Position numbers and translations under genes: made by a program. Of a DNA stretch of 64,000 bases, positions 11,831-24,235 are shown one piece after another; positions within the stretch are counted from its first letter, which is position 1, and each line of letters begins with the position of its first letter. Below the pieces are notes generated by a model. It did not search any database. It had not been told where the DNA came from and saw only the letters and a program-made list of their open reading frames with translations. The DNA comes from Marsupella aquatica (Eukaryota > Plantae > Marchantiophyta): assembly GCA_973895155.1 (NCBI GenBank), contig OZ316893.1:7526963-7590962 (forward strand). The letters are read 5' to 3'.

Positions 11831-12275
11831 CCAAAACATGGCCAAAAAGCATTCCAAATATGAGTATAGAGGGGTCCACTTCACCTTTGAAAAAAACCCT
11901 TTCAAATGAAACCAACATTCCCCCAGGACGAGTTGCCAATGTCTTGCGAAGCCGCTTCCTTCGCAAATACCATCACAAATTAGAATTGAGGTTTGCAAAG
12001 CTACTGCTTTTGCAAGACCTTCAGAAAAACAGAGCCCGAGAGCATTTCTGCGAGAGAGCGAAGGTGTTGCGAAGCCTTTCACGTCGCAATGGTTTCGCAA
12101 AATTGAGAAACTATATGCGAAACAAGAAGAATCGCAACTTGCGAAACGGGTTGCTTCGCAAGTCTTTCCCGCTTGTACTTTTGCACTCGGCCGTGGCATA
12201 CTCAGCGGCATTTGACAAATTTCAAGCGTAGGGAGGGAGAAGGGAGCTCGCGCGCGCTCGGGGGGTGGCTTGGCT

Positions 12276-14246
12276 ATGGATTCCAGTGGAGCAAATGGAG
12301 GTGATAGGGCAGGGGTGAGTGAGAGTGGCAATGGGAATGAAGGCAATGGGGAGCAGGAGAGGAATCGATGGACCGATTTGATGGCTGAGCACCTCAATGC
12401 AGCACAGTTGAGCCACTTAGATTTGACTACACCAGCAGGGATTGCTTCTTTGAGTGCAATCCTTGGGCAAGCCTTGCAAACGGGAGTAGATGCAGGGAAC
12501 ATTGCAAGGGAGGAGGAGCAAAGGAGTGCAGCTCAACAGAAGGCAAGAGAGAAGAAGCGTAAGAAGGAGGAGAGGGCCAAGGCAGGAGTAGTCTCACCTG
12601 TTGCCCTAGAAAAGAAGAGGAGGAGAGAGGAACGAGATGAGATAAGAGCACAGCGGGAGGAGCAGCAAAAGAAGGAGGAAGAGAGGAAGAAGCTGCCTAT
12701 GATTGCCTTGATCGAAGGCATTCCTACTGAACTGGCCTACACCGGTGCAAAGAGCACTATCAGGCTTATGGTGCGCTCCAATTTTGCACGAGGAGTTGAG
12801 TGGGGGAAACTCAACAAGGCAGACCAGAAGAAAGTAATGAGTCAAATCAAAGATTCATTTCAAAATGGAGCAGAGATTGATGAACAGTGGCTTGCAGATA
12901 GAATTTCCAATTCAATGTCTCAAGCACGGTACCATGATAGGAAGAAGGTAAGGGCCTACCTGGCAAACTTGGAGGAGTACAGAAACGTGAGGAGGCCACT
13001 GCAATTCACTGAGGACGTGTGGAATGCCTTTTACAAAGTGGAGGTGCGGATGAGAGCTGCCAGGAACCTTCTCTTCTGGAAGGAGATGGAAGCCAAGGCA
13101 CAGAAGGCCGGGAAGTCCGACCGAGAGCTCAAGGCAATGGCTGAGAAAGTGTCTCACATGCAGCACATTGTGGATGAAGTGGGTGCACCACCCCAAAAAT
13201 TCATCCTTGCAGCTGAGCGAGTCAGCAAACGGCCCAAGACCACGCACAAGATGGGCCAAGGTGGACTTCCCGGCCTCAAAGCACACTTTGTGAGTGGGCC
13301 CTCTCCTCTCCTCCCCTGCTTCTGTTTCCTTGCTTTCAATTGCTATCCAAACCTGCAATGCCCCCCCTGCATACCTCTTGTTTCTTTCTTACGGCCTGCC
13401 TTGTACTTTAGGTCACCCTGACACATTGCGTGCCTTAGAGATTTCTCGGAATTTTTTAAAAACAGAGTTTGCGAAGCTTTTGCGATGCGGGTTGCTTCGC
13501 AAATGTTTTGCAAAGTCTATCATGGCATTTTTTAAAGTTGTAAATGCGAAGCTATTGCGAAATAACTCGCTTCGCAAACTACTTCGCAAACAGCCAATTT
13601 ATTTGAATTTGCGAAGTGGGGAGTTTCGCAAGTGTGTATTATGTTTTAAAAAAACCGCTAAGGGTTATTGAGCCCAGTTTTGTGTTAGGGGGCACCCTAT
13701 TAGCACCTCCATGCATTTTTCTTGGGTTTATAGCATATTAACCTCGATCTATTTTGGTTTTGGAATGTTTGGTTGTGGTAGTATAAGAGGTACCGCAGGA
13801 AGATAACAGCAAAAGAGATGGAGATAGGAGCTGCGCATGGAGCCAAACATCTCTTTGACTTGGTTGACGCAGAGTTGGCGACTGTAAGTGCATGTATCCC
13901 CTTCAGTTTTTCCCACCCAATCCACTTATCTTTTCATTCCGTAAACCTAAACCAATTTGGCGTTGTGTTGTGCAAACAGGATGATGAGGATGCCAGTGAT
14001 ACCAGCAGCACCGATGAGAACAATGAGGGGACCACGACAAAGGGGCCCAAGGTAGGAGGGAGTAGTGGATCTGGACCAGTAGGAGGAGTTTCCCAGCAGG
14101 AGGGGGAGGAAGAGGATGAGGACGAGGACGAGGAGGAACCAGATGTGGAGGAGCAGCCAGCACCACCTCCTGTGCCACGTCCGGATCGTCGCAAGAGGGA
14201 CAAGGGGAAGAGGCCGGCGACAAGGAGTAGGAGGACCCCATTCTAG
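12276..14246 (+). CDS. CACTA second gene (TnpA/Ptta-like accessory protein), 3 exons
   Basis: Predicted exons 12276-13289, 13782-13883 and 13980-14246, all phase 0 with GT-AG. It has a charged coiled coil, W..L...Q..V, 'RP.QFTEDVWNAF', 'THKMGQGG' as in Ptta/En-Spm accessory ORFs, and an acidic/basic tail. Confidence 0.7.
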
Positions 14247-15171
14247 AGCTTGGTGGTGTAGTGCCTATGGGATGCCCATTTACTTAGTGTAGTATATAGT
14301 TTTGATATGGGTAGTCTTATAGGGACCTAGCTTGTCATATGACATCCATCTAGGGTTTAGGGTTTAGGAAACCCTAATTTTTGTGTACCTATCAATTTTC
14401 TATAAAGCAATTTTGATTCAGACCTCATTCTCCATGTTGGACGACAAGACCCCAACCATAATTCAAAACTCTAAATCTAAACCCTAGCCTCAAGACATCT
14501 TGCGAAACCTATGCGAACAACCCAATTCACATATTTACCATATTGAAGGTATCGCAAACATTATGCAAACCACATACGTTCACAAAAATGCGAAGCCATG
14601 TTCATGGCATAACTACCATTAACTTAATATCGCAAACCGATTACCAAACTTCTGGGATTGCAAATATTTAACTGCTTGATTATTATCGCAAGCCTCTCGC
14701 GACGCCCACGGAGTCGCTTAAATGTGAGTCCTTTGCGATTCTATTAGTGTCGCAAGTTGCGAAGGTCTTGCGAAAGACCGGATGCGAACCTTTGGGCTTC
14801 ACAGTTTGCGATTCTATTGCGATGCGCGATACTTCGCAAAGGCGAGTTTTGTTTTTTGATTTCCTTTGTTGTTTGCGATGCTTTCAAGTTCGCAAAAGGT
14901 GTGGGTAGTGTTGTAGTGACCACTTCCAAAAAGGTTGGACACACTTCCCAAATTGTTGTGCACACTTCCAAGAAGATTGAGACTTCCTAAAAGCCTGGAC
15001 ATACTTCCAAAGACTTGGCATGCAAGATCTCACCTTCCAATCTCAACTAACTAATCCTAGCCATTTGGTGTAACACCTGTCCACCCCTTGTAAATTGGGA
15101 AGGATTGGAATCCTTTTGGTGGAGAAATTGGAGATCCTTTTTGCCCCCCTCAAGCTTGCAATTGACCAGGA

Positions 15172-16598
15172 TGGAGAACCCTCAAATAGTGGTATTCTTG
15201 CTTCAGTTTCCAAGTGATCCCAATCTTCTTGATCTACTTCCATGATAGGTTGCTCGGCGTCAGGCTGGTGCATGAGGTCCAAAGTGGATGTCAACAAGGT
15301 GGGCAAAGGAAAATTCTTCAAGGGATAGGGTCATGTCCCTCATCTCCCTCGTCGTCAACATCATCATCCAACTCTCCATCATATGCATCATGGTACTCCT
15401 CATCCTGATCGTCCATATCATCATCATCAAGGGGATGACCCTCAACATCCTCCTCATCTGAGAAATTTAAGGTGGCACGAACGTGAAAGGCATGGGCTGA
15501 TGTAGTCATCATTGATGGGTGAGATGTGGGACTAATAATTATGTACACCATCCTAGAGTTATCAATAATTATGCAATGATAGATCACAATTAGAGAAAGG
15601 GTTTCCATGATAAAGCTTACAATGAAATTGAAATAATGCAAAATGCAAGGGCCACCCCATAATGAGTAACTATGTCATGTACACATGTAGTCATCAATGC
15701 CAATCATAATCTACCAGAATCTCTTCCCTGCTCTAATGGTGTAGGTAACATGTGTCAAGATGTAATGCGTGCATGCTACAGGCAAACGAGGGTGACTCTG
15801 GTCATGGTACTCGTGCCACTCAGCGTTTGGCCTAAACCCGAAACGCCAAGAACCAATAGTGTTGTTGATATAACCCACCAAGTTCCCCGTCCGAGGCAGG
15901 TAACCATCAATCGGAGCATACCTAGGGTCCAACTTTAGTGACATGCCATATCGACTAAAGGTTGGACTCTGTTGGGACAAGATGCGCCATCTCTGAGCCA
16001 AATACTTTGGCCCATAGAATGGAAACAACTAAGGCAAATCATTGGGTGCACAATCAGTAGGGACCATGATATCCACAAGAGCAAATACTCCAAAGTCCTA
16101 CATGAGTCCCCAATGTGGAGGGGAGGAGGACCCATGGGCGGTTCCAAACTATAATAGGTTCTCGAAGGTGGAGGTCCATAGGGAGTCCAAACTGGGCTAG
16201 GAAGGAGTCCTTTAAGATGTACAAGGCTCTCCTTTGCAACTCTCTTGGTGCCCGAGATACCAATGCATCAAGAAAAGGGCATGGGGGCGAAACAATCCTA
16301 GGTGGACAAGTGTCAATCGATCGGGGTCTAGTGATCACCACTACTCCCCTCTAGATAGGGTGCATCCTAAACACTCTCCTCCTCCTACAAAATACACGGT
16401 CTATTGCCCTCAATGTGGCTGGCAATGCGGATGGATGGATGAGTGGTGCAAACGCACGACGTGCAATGTCTCTCAAGCGGTCCACAGGCAAAGACCCTGG
16501 GCCCCCACTCCCAGCAAAATATATGTACCCACTATGAACAGATCCCCCCCTTGGTACTGTTGAGCATAGACGACACTCATAACGGTAAGCACATGACA
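15172..16598 (-). pseudogene. Older, diverged SET-CACTA relic (SET exon followed by transposase N-terminus)
   Basis: WNRPWVLLPSTLGTHVG/(frameshift)FGVFALVDI..*LFPFYG..YGM..IDG..TGNLVGYINN..PNAEW..ILTHVTYTIRAG at ~16150-15711. An acidic exon follows, then EARIPLFEGS (compare HARTPIYEGA). Confidence 0.8.
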
Positions 16599-17088
16599 CA
16601 TCCAACGCGCAAGTAGTCAACACAAGAGATACGTGGTTCACCTCCTCAAGGCTACGTCCACGGGAACACACAAGAGAGCTTTACTGAACTCTAAGCCCGT
16701 CGACCATACCAAGTCTCCATAGTGTAAGCTCTCCTCATCTCTCAAGTGGCTCCATAACAATGAGCCTAAGTTCCACTTATCCAAGCAAACACCGCTTGGC
16801 ATATAGTGTACATCCTAGTTAACCTAACCACATCTCCGACTATGGTTAGCCTAACTACGGTTACATGTCGTAACCCTAGACCTTGAGTAAATACCTAATA
16901 ATCTCCCCCTTGACTCTGGTCTAGGGGAGGGTAATACTGTCTATATGATTCTTCAGCGGGAAGTTCTGGATGAAAACTAACATGGTTTCCCCTCTCTAAC
17001 TAGAGCAAACCAGAACTAAGCCGTAGCCTATTACTAGGAGTGAAGAAGAGCATATATCAATAATTACAGCAAATGTTAAGAAAAACCC

Positions 17089-20000
17089 TTACTTGTGACG
17101 TAATTGCAAAACTTGCAGCACGTCACGATATCTAGAGAAACTTTCCAAAGGAATCATTTTGGTAAATGCGTCAGTTAGGTTGAGTTTACCGTCTATCTTG
17201 ACTAGCTCAAACAAATTATCAAACATAGCCTGCCTGATAAAATGGTACCTGACATCTATGTGCTTCACTCTACTGTCCATCACCTGGTTCACAGCAAGGT
17301 GGAGCGCACTTTGACTATCACAATGGAGCTTCACATTCCCCTGTGGCAATCCCATTTCAGTGATAAGGCTATCCAACCAAATCGCTTCCTTCGCTGCTTC
17401 CGCTACTGCAACATACTTCGCTTCTGTAGTAGACTGAGCAATACACTTTTGCAAAATAGATCTCCAACTTATGCATCCACCGCCAAGTGTGAACACGTAC
17501 CCTATTGTTGATCTCCTTCGGTCCAGATCTTGTCCATAGTCAGACTCTACATAGCCAATCAATGATCTCGCATTCTTTGCATTTGCATCAAATAAAAGAC
17601 CATGATCCACGGTACCCTTCAAGTACCTGATAATCCACTTCACTACTTCCCAGTATACCTTCCCTGGATTTGACATGTACCTGCTCACCTTGCCCATAGC
17701 CATGGCAAGATCAGGTCTAGTGCAAGTCATCAAATACATGAGACTTCCCACTGCCTTATCATAAGGAACTTTTGACATCAGCCCCTTCTTTGTCGCATCT
17801 GTGGGACAAAAAGCTGATGACAATTTGAAGTGTGCAGCCAAAGGGGTACTTACTAGCTTGCTATTCCCCATGTTGAACCTAGCAATTACCTTCCTCGCAT
17901 AACTACTTTGTGTCAACCATAGCTTACCAGCCTCCAAGTCCCTAGTGATCTCCATACCCAAAATCCTCTTAGCTGGCCCTTGGTCCTTCATCTTAAACTC
18001 TGTACTTAGCAGTGCCTTAAGCTTAACAATCTCAGACCTATCCTTGGCCGCAATAAGCATGTCATCCACATAAAGTACTAAAACAATGAACCCAAAGACA
18101 ACATTCTTCATCGGTTTCAAATATACACAAGGGTCAAACACACTCCTGTGAAAACCTTGTGACCGAATCCAATCGTCAAACGCTTGTTCCACTATCTTGG
18201 TGACTGCTTCAACCCATACAAGGATTTCAGCAATTTGCAAACCAATTCCTCCTGTCCTCTCTTCACAAAACCTAGCGGCTATTTCATGAAGATCACCTCT
18301 TCCAAGGTGCCATAGAGGAAAGCTGTGACAACATCCATCTGATCTAGCAGCAGACCAAACATTACAACAAGCACACACAATAGCCGTATCGTAGAGTACT
18401 TAGCAACTGGTGAGAAGACCTCATTGTAATCCACACCTTTCTCTTGTGTGAATCTCTTTGCTACCAACCTAGCCTTGTAGACCTTTGATCCACTTCCCGG
18501 CCTCATTCACAATTGGAGGACCCAAAAGGAATGTCACACTCAAAAGTGACCATAGTTTATTATGCTTTAGGATATCATTTGTAGGGTGTAATGACATGAT
18601 ATAGAAAATTTGATGTACTATACTTAATAAACATCTTGTAGGTTGGTAACAATCATTAAACTATCTAGCATTTGAGACTTTGAAGCTTTCCTTATATGTT
18701 CTTCAAAGATTGATAAAAGGACTTATCACGCAACGGGTCACATCCTTTCATGACTCAAAAGGACTCTAAAAAATGCATTTTAGACAATGAAATTTTACCA
18801 AAGCATGCATACTAATAGAATAATCTTATATTTCAAAACTCAAATATTGACACACACTAAACCTTTATGTACAGGACAAAAATAATCAGTAATTTTGGCT
18901 TATTTAGGGCCATCAACAATAGGATCCCTTAAAACAGTTGAAAACTTGATTTATCTACATGGTGAGGTAGGTAACACCATGTAAAATAGTCTTGTGAAAA
19001 AATTAGACTTAAATGTCTTGAGATAAAATCATGATGAACCTTTTTCCATGTTATGAAAGTCATTTTTCACTAAAAAAACATGTTTTTGAGTCCTAAAAGT
19101 GGTTTCTGTGAGGTACACCCAATTGTGAATGAGGCCTCCCGTAGACTTATCCTTCAACTTGTATATCCACTTGCTGTCCACCACTTGTTGACCCTTAGGC
19201 AGCTTAACAAGCTCCCAAGTTTTGTTGTCCTTCAATGATTACATCTCCGTTTGCATTGCTGCACAGTCCACTTCTGCTTCTCCTTTGAAGCACTTGCCTC
19301 ATGAAATGAAGAAGGTTCCCCTTCTTCCAAAATTAACGCATCACCCTCATCATCAACTGCAAAATCATCCTCTTGCAGTTGAGATGAATCAACCCACTGT
19401 CCATACCTAAGAGAAGCGTGTACAGTGCGACCAGATGTTCTTCTAGCCGATGACTCTGGTTGAATTGCGTTTACTGGTACGATTTGAAGCTCAGCAGCAT
19501 CCACTTGCTGCTCACCAGCATCAATAAACTCCTCTTGTTCCTCTAGCACAGGAACCAGCTCCATGCTTGGAGCACCTCCTTCTCTTCGATCATGCACTTC
19601 ATGATCAATCTCCCCCTCAACGAGATCCGAGATAGGAGATTTTCCTTTGTCAATACAGGAGACCTGAGTATTCTTCCCCTCCTTCAATAATCTGGATTCA
19701 TTGAAGGAAACATCCCTACTGACAATGAACTTACAGGCAATAGGATCCCATAGCCTGACTGTAGGCCTTCACACCACTCTGATACCCAAGAAAAATACAT
19801 TTCTTGGACGTAGGATCCAACTTGGTCCTATTCTGCTTTGGTATGAGAGCATATGCATCACTTCCAAAAATTATCAAGCCATGATAGTCTGCTTGCCACT
19901 TATAACACATTTCAAATGGTGTTTTAAAATTGATTGCACTAGAAGGAGAAAGATTTACCAAATAAGCTGCAGTATTGATAGCTTTCGCCCAAAATTCTTG

Positions 20001-21883
20001 TGGTAAACCTGATTGGCTCAGTATACTTCATGACCGCTCCAATAGTGTTCGATTGAGCCTCTCAACGACACCATTCTGCTGCGGAGTATAAAGTGTGGTG
20101 AGATGGCGAGTTATCCCCTATTCTGCACAATACTCTTCAAATTCTATTGAAGTGTACTCCCCGCCGTTGTCTGACCTTAGACTCTTCACCTTGGTATCCA
20201 AACACTTAATCGTGTTTCCCGTCTGATTCTCCACTTGGGCATTCCACTTTGTAAAAATGGACAAGACATCAGACTTATGCGTCATGAAATAAATCCATAC
20301 AAATCTTGAGTAATCATCAATGAAGGATACATAGTACAATTTTCCAGAATGTGAGGGAGTCGAGGATGGTCCCCACACGTTACTATGTATGTACTCAAGA
20401 AACGCTTTGGAATGATGAGTTCCAACACCGAAAGAACAACAATGCTGCTTTCCAAAAATGCAATGCTCATAGAATTCCAATTTACAAGACTGCAAATCAT
20501 AAATGAGCCCATTCTTCCGCAAGATAGCCAAACCCTTCTCACTCATGTAGCCTAACCGTGAATGCCACAGTTGAGTCATTTTCTTGTGAGACTTGGTTAC
20601 ACTGGCCTCTCCACATACTGTATTGCCCTGCAACACATACAAATTCTTCTGTCTGCTCCCCTTCAAAATCACTGTCTCTCCCGACATGACTTGAAGTTCA
20701 CCATCAATTACTCGCCATTGATGACCATTTGTATCCAACACACTGAGTGAAATCAAATTCTTACGCATGCCAGGTACAAACCTGACTCCGGACACTGTGC
20801 GCACAATGCCATCAAACATTTGAATCTTTACAGACCCAATACCCTCAACTCGACAGGAGTGATCATTTCCCATCAAAACTGAACCGTTTGACACAGAATA
20901 AGAATTGAAATACTTGCGAATGTAACAAATGTGAAAGGAGCAAGCACAATCAAGAATCCACACATTATTTGCTCTCCTAGATGATGTGCACAGGGCATAC
21001 TCCTGACTTCATAAAACATAATCATCATTGAGTAAATCAACTTCTTTATCCGCACTAGCCACATTGGCTGATGAAGAGTCAACTGCCTTAGCCTTACAAT
21101 CCCTCTTAACGTGACCAACCTTGTGACACTTCCAACAGACTAATGGCTTTCTCTCCTGGGACTTCCCCCTTGAAGTAAATCTTGTCCTAGATTTACTTCG
21201 TCCCTTGCCATTCGTGCGCTGCTCGGGACGCCGAGCTGTGACCTCCCACGATTCACATTCAAGGCAGCACCAAATGACGATGTTGTCTGGGCTTGACCCA
21301 ACTTCTTTTGTGCATCATCTGACAGCAAAGAGCTTACCACCTCATCATATGAAATAGACTTCAAGTCTCTATACAAGAGAACCTGCTTCAAACCCTGATA
21401 AGATGGAGGTAAGGAGCTGAGAAGAAGCAAGGTCTTGTCCTCTTCTTCAATGCCCTTACCGAGATTAGACAAATTAACAACTAGGCTATCAAATTCATCC
21501 AAGTGATCCTGGAGCTTGTTCCCCTCTTTGAGCTGAAGGCTCATTAAGAGAGACTTCTTGTACAATCGATCATATGCATCCTCCCAATAGTACTTCTCCC
21601 TTAGGGCTTTGAATAGAGATGCACAATCTGCGTAGTCATCCAACTTCTTGATGATATGCGGCTTCAGATAAAGCATCACCGCATTCACTGCAATTACTTG
21701 TTCCTGCCTCCACCTCTTTAGTGAAATCTCCTCCTCATCATCGTACATCTCTTGTGTAGAGAGAAGATGATCTAGGCCCATAGCGCAAAAAACTCCTTTC
21801 ACTTGCTTCTCCCAGAGCAAGTAGTCCGTATGCCCATCATACTTTTCCACCTCAAACTTGATACCTCCGAACTTGGATGCCAT
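17089..21883 (-). pseudogene. Copia gag-pol in the order gag, zinc knuckle, protease, integrase, RT, RNase H; frameshifts and stops present
   Basis: LLLSSLPPSY, WILDCACSFH, LWHSRLG, FIDDYSR, LRSDNGGEY, YKARLVAK, QMDVVTAFL, LYVDDML, TRPDL, KHIDVRYHF. Confidence 0.92.
18499..19136. mobile_element. 638-bp MITE inserted in the copia RT
   Basis: Perfect 18-bp TIR GGCCTCATTCACAATTGG and 4-bp TSD TCCC (18495-18498, 19137-19140). Removing it restores KDKSTGSGSKVYKARL. Confidence 0.9.
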
Positions 21884-23014
21884 CTATTTTTCCTTCATAA
21901 TCCCTTCTACTCGCTGCACCGGTGATTGTACTGGTGTCATGTGCGCTTCCTCCTGCTCCTCTCTCTCCTCCTCAAACCGTTGTGATGATCCTCGTGCTTC
22001 AAGATCTACTTCTTCAAAAATCTCCTCCGAATCACTTATGTGAGAATGCAAGAAAAAATGATGTTTTTTCAATTTCTTCAAAAAACTCAAAACTTATCAC
22101 CGCCGCGTACCCCACAAGCCTAGCTCTCCAATGCTGAAAACCATAATCAAAACTGAACTCCGACGTAAAAGTTATTCACTTTTTGGTCGGGGTGGGTAAA
22201 ACTTGGAATTCTCCCCCGTTTTGACCACCTCGGGGAATAACCAAAAAGTGAACTAGTACCCGAGGTTGGAAATGCAATTCAATTTGTGCACCGCGTTGCC
22301 AACTTTGATGGCTAGCAACTTGCCGAAGACGAAGGAAAAAAGTTACCTTTCGGCGGACAGAATCTTTGACGGACGGCCGAAAACATGCTCTCTGTTTTTT
22401 GGGAATATTCCCACACAGAGCAGCAGGGCTCACAGGGGGCCGTTCCCCCTGTCCAAGCGGTTAAAGTGGAGGGCGGCAGGTCCCGGGAAGCGGCACAAAT
22501 AACAGGAAGCCGGGGAGGAAAAAAAATGTAAAAAAACAGACTTAAAGGGGTGTAAAGCCACTTTCGAAAAAAAAAGGTATAAAGGCCGGGGGCATACAGG
22601 GACCGGGGAGGGCGTATGGCGGGGCGAGGATGGAGGGGTTGACAACCGGAAGTGGGTGGTCGGGGCAGGCTGCTGAAGCCGCGAAGCGGCTGAACACGGG
22701 CGAGGCAAGGCGCGCGGGGGGGGGGGGACGCGTAGTGGGCGGGGAGGGAAAAAACTCCGGGCGGCAGGCTGCGCTCCGGCCTGGTCACGGGCTACGGTGA
22801 GTAATGGCGAGGGGTGGCCAGGGGGTTGCTTGTGCGTAAAGGAGGGGGAGGAAGGGGTAACGAATGCGTGTGTATACACACACAAAGTGTGTCAACACCC
22901 CCCAAAAAATACAAAGGAAATAACTGGCAAAGAATCCAAATTGCACGTTATCACCGGCAAGGGGCCCGAAGAAATATTTCCTTGCAATGTGAGAGAGAGA
23001 GAGAGAGAGAGAGA

Positions 23015-24229
23015 TTTACATTTCCATATACATAGATAACACCCTGCAATAGGTCTTATTGTTCACATGTTCGCTGTTCCATTGATTTGCAGTGCAACAA
23101 CATGAGTATACAGATACATATGAACATAAGTTTACACCATATAGATAGTTTAGTTATCAAGCCTTTAATAAAGATATTGACATAGGATTTCACCTGTCAT
23201 CGATATCAAAGCATAAATTTCCTCTGTGACAGTGAAAGATCACCCTTGCTTACAGGTTAGACTCCTTACGCTATTACCCAAGTGAAATTAGTCATTGGGC
23301 CTGTACTGGGTGACAGTATTACTCTAATGCTGTGTCCACAGCATTGAGCATAGGCCATAATCTCTCTCCAGGAATAGACGGACGATATCTATTCACCCCT
23401 CCAGTGTCTTCGTTCAGCCCCCGCCACTGGAGTGAGATCGTATTTCATTCATACGATTTCGTGTCCCATGTTTCTGTAGCAATGTCTAGACGGCTGCGGG
23501 GAGACATGGGCCGGAAAGAGGCGAGCCACCACAGCATTCTATTTATTCTAAATTGTCATTTGTTCATATAGAGGCAACATTCAGACATTCAAGTAATTTT
23601 TCACATTCAAACATTTTAGATATGCAGCTACGTGTCTATGATGTAGCACCTGAACCGGTTGGGAGCTCATTGTGAGCACGAGTGACTGTTAGCTGGATGC
23701 TGTTGATTTAGTTGCTCACTGCACGTTCTCCTTCCAACGCTCCGATCCTCTGCCCCTCATGAGCTGCTTGCCATTTGTGTTGTCTGCCAGTGTTGCACGA
23801 TACTCATGCTGCCATGCCTTGCTATTTCTTTGGTGATTCCTTGTATCTCTGTAGAGTGCAGGAAGTGGGATATGGATATAGAATATTTTTGGCTATTCCT
23901 GTGGAAGGCAGCGCCGCTATGCTGGGTCATATTTTAGGGTAATCTTTTGAGATTGCCTTGTGCATAGATGGCCCAAATATTCTGTGGATAGATCAACGGT
24001 TGAGATGGTAGTCATAGTATAGCGGGAAGCTTTTTGTTTGGGCATTGGTTGTGGATATTATATGTGCATGGTATCCTATGCTGTATACATATATCATATA
24101 TTTTAGGTATCTTGTCTTTTACAAGTGTCATGCAGCTTTGTCTCTTGTATGTCCTCGTTGTTGAGGAAAGGCATATTCATGTTAATGTTGATCCCAAGGC
24201 TGATCCTCTCCTCGTCAGCTTATTCTTTT
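23015..24229. mobile_element. Unit 1 of a pair of related non-coding elements bounded by GA repeats
   Basis: Follows (GA)12 at 22991-23014 and ends TCTTTT|GAGAGA. It is collinear with and similar to unit 2. Confidence 0.55.
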
Positions 24230-24235
24230 GAGAGA

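Larger units (their letters stand above)
5210..14918. mobile_element. Full-length CACTA (En/Spm) DNA transposon carrying a SET-domain exon
   Basis: TIRs CACTACAACA...TGTTGTAGTG, extending to TTTTGCGAA. 3-bp TSD ACC at 5207-5209 and 14919-14921. TTGCGAA/TTCGCAA subterminal repeats, a transposase and a second ORF are present. Confidence 0.95.
5110..15167. mobile_element. ~350-bp MITE split by the CACTA insertion (5110-5209 plus 14919-15167)
   Basis: ~30-bp imperfect TIR GGTCAATTGCAAG(A/C)TTGAGGGGGGCAAAA at 5110 and its complement ending at 15167. AGGA is duplicated at 5106-5109 and 15168-15171. Confidence 0.75.

Noticed and set aside
23465-23510. Minus-strand CCCAUGUC...GAAACAUGGG resembling hammerhead ribozyme stem III
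   Set aside because: There is no CUGANGA core or stem I/II between the two arms. It is simply the complement of the + strand hairpin.
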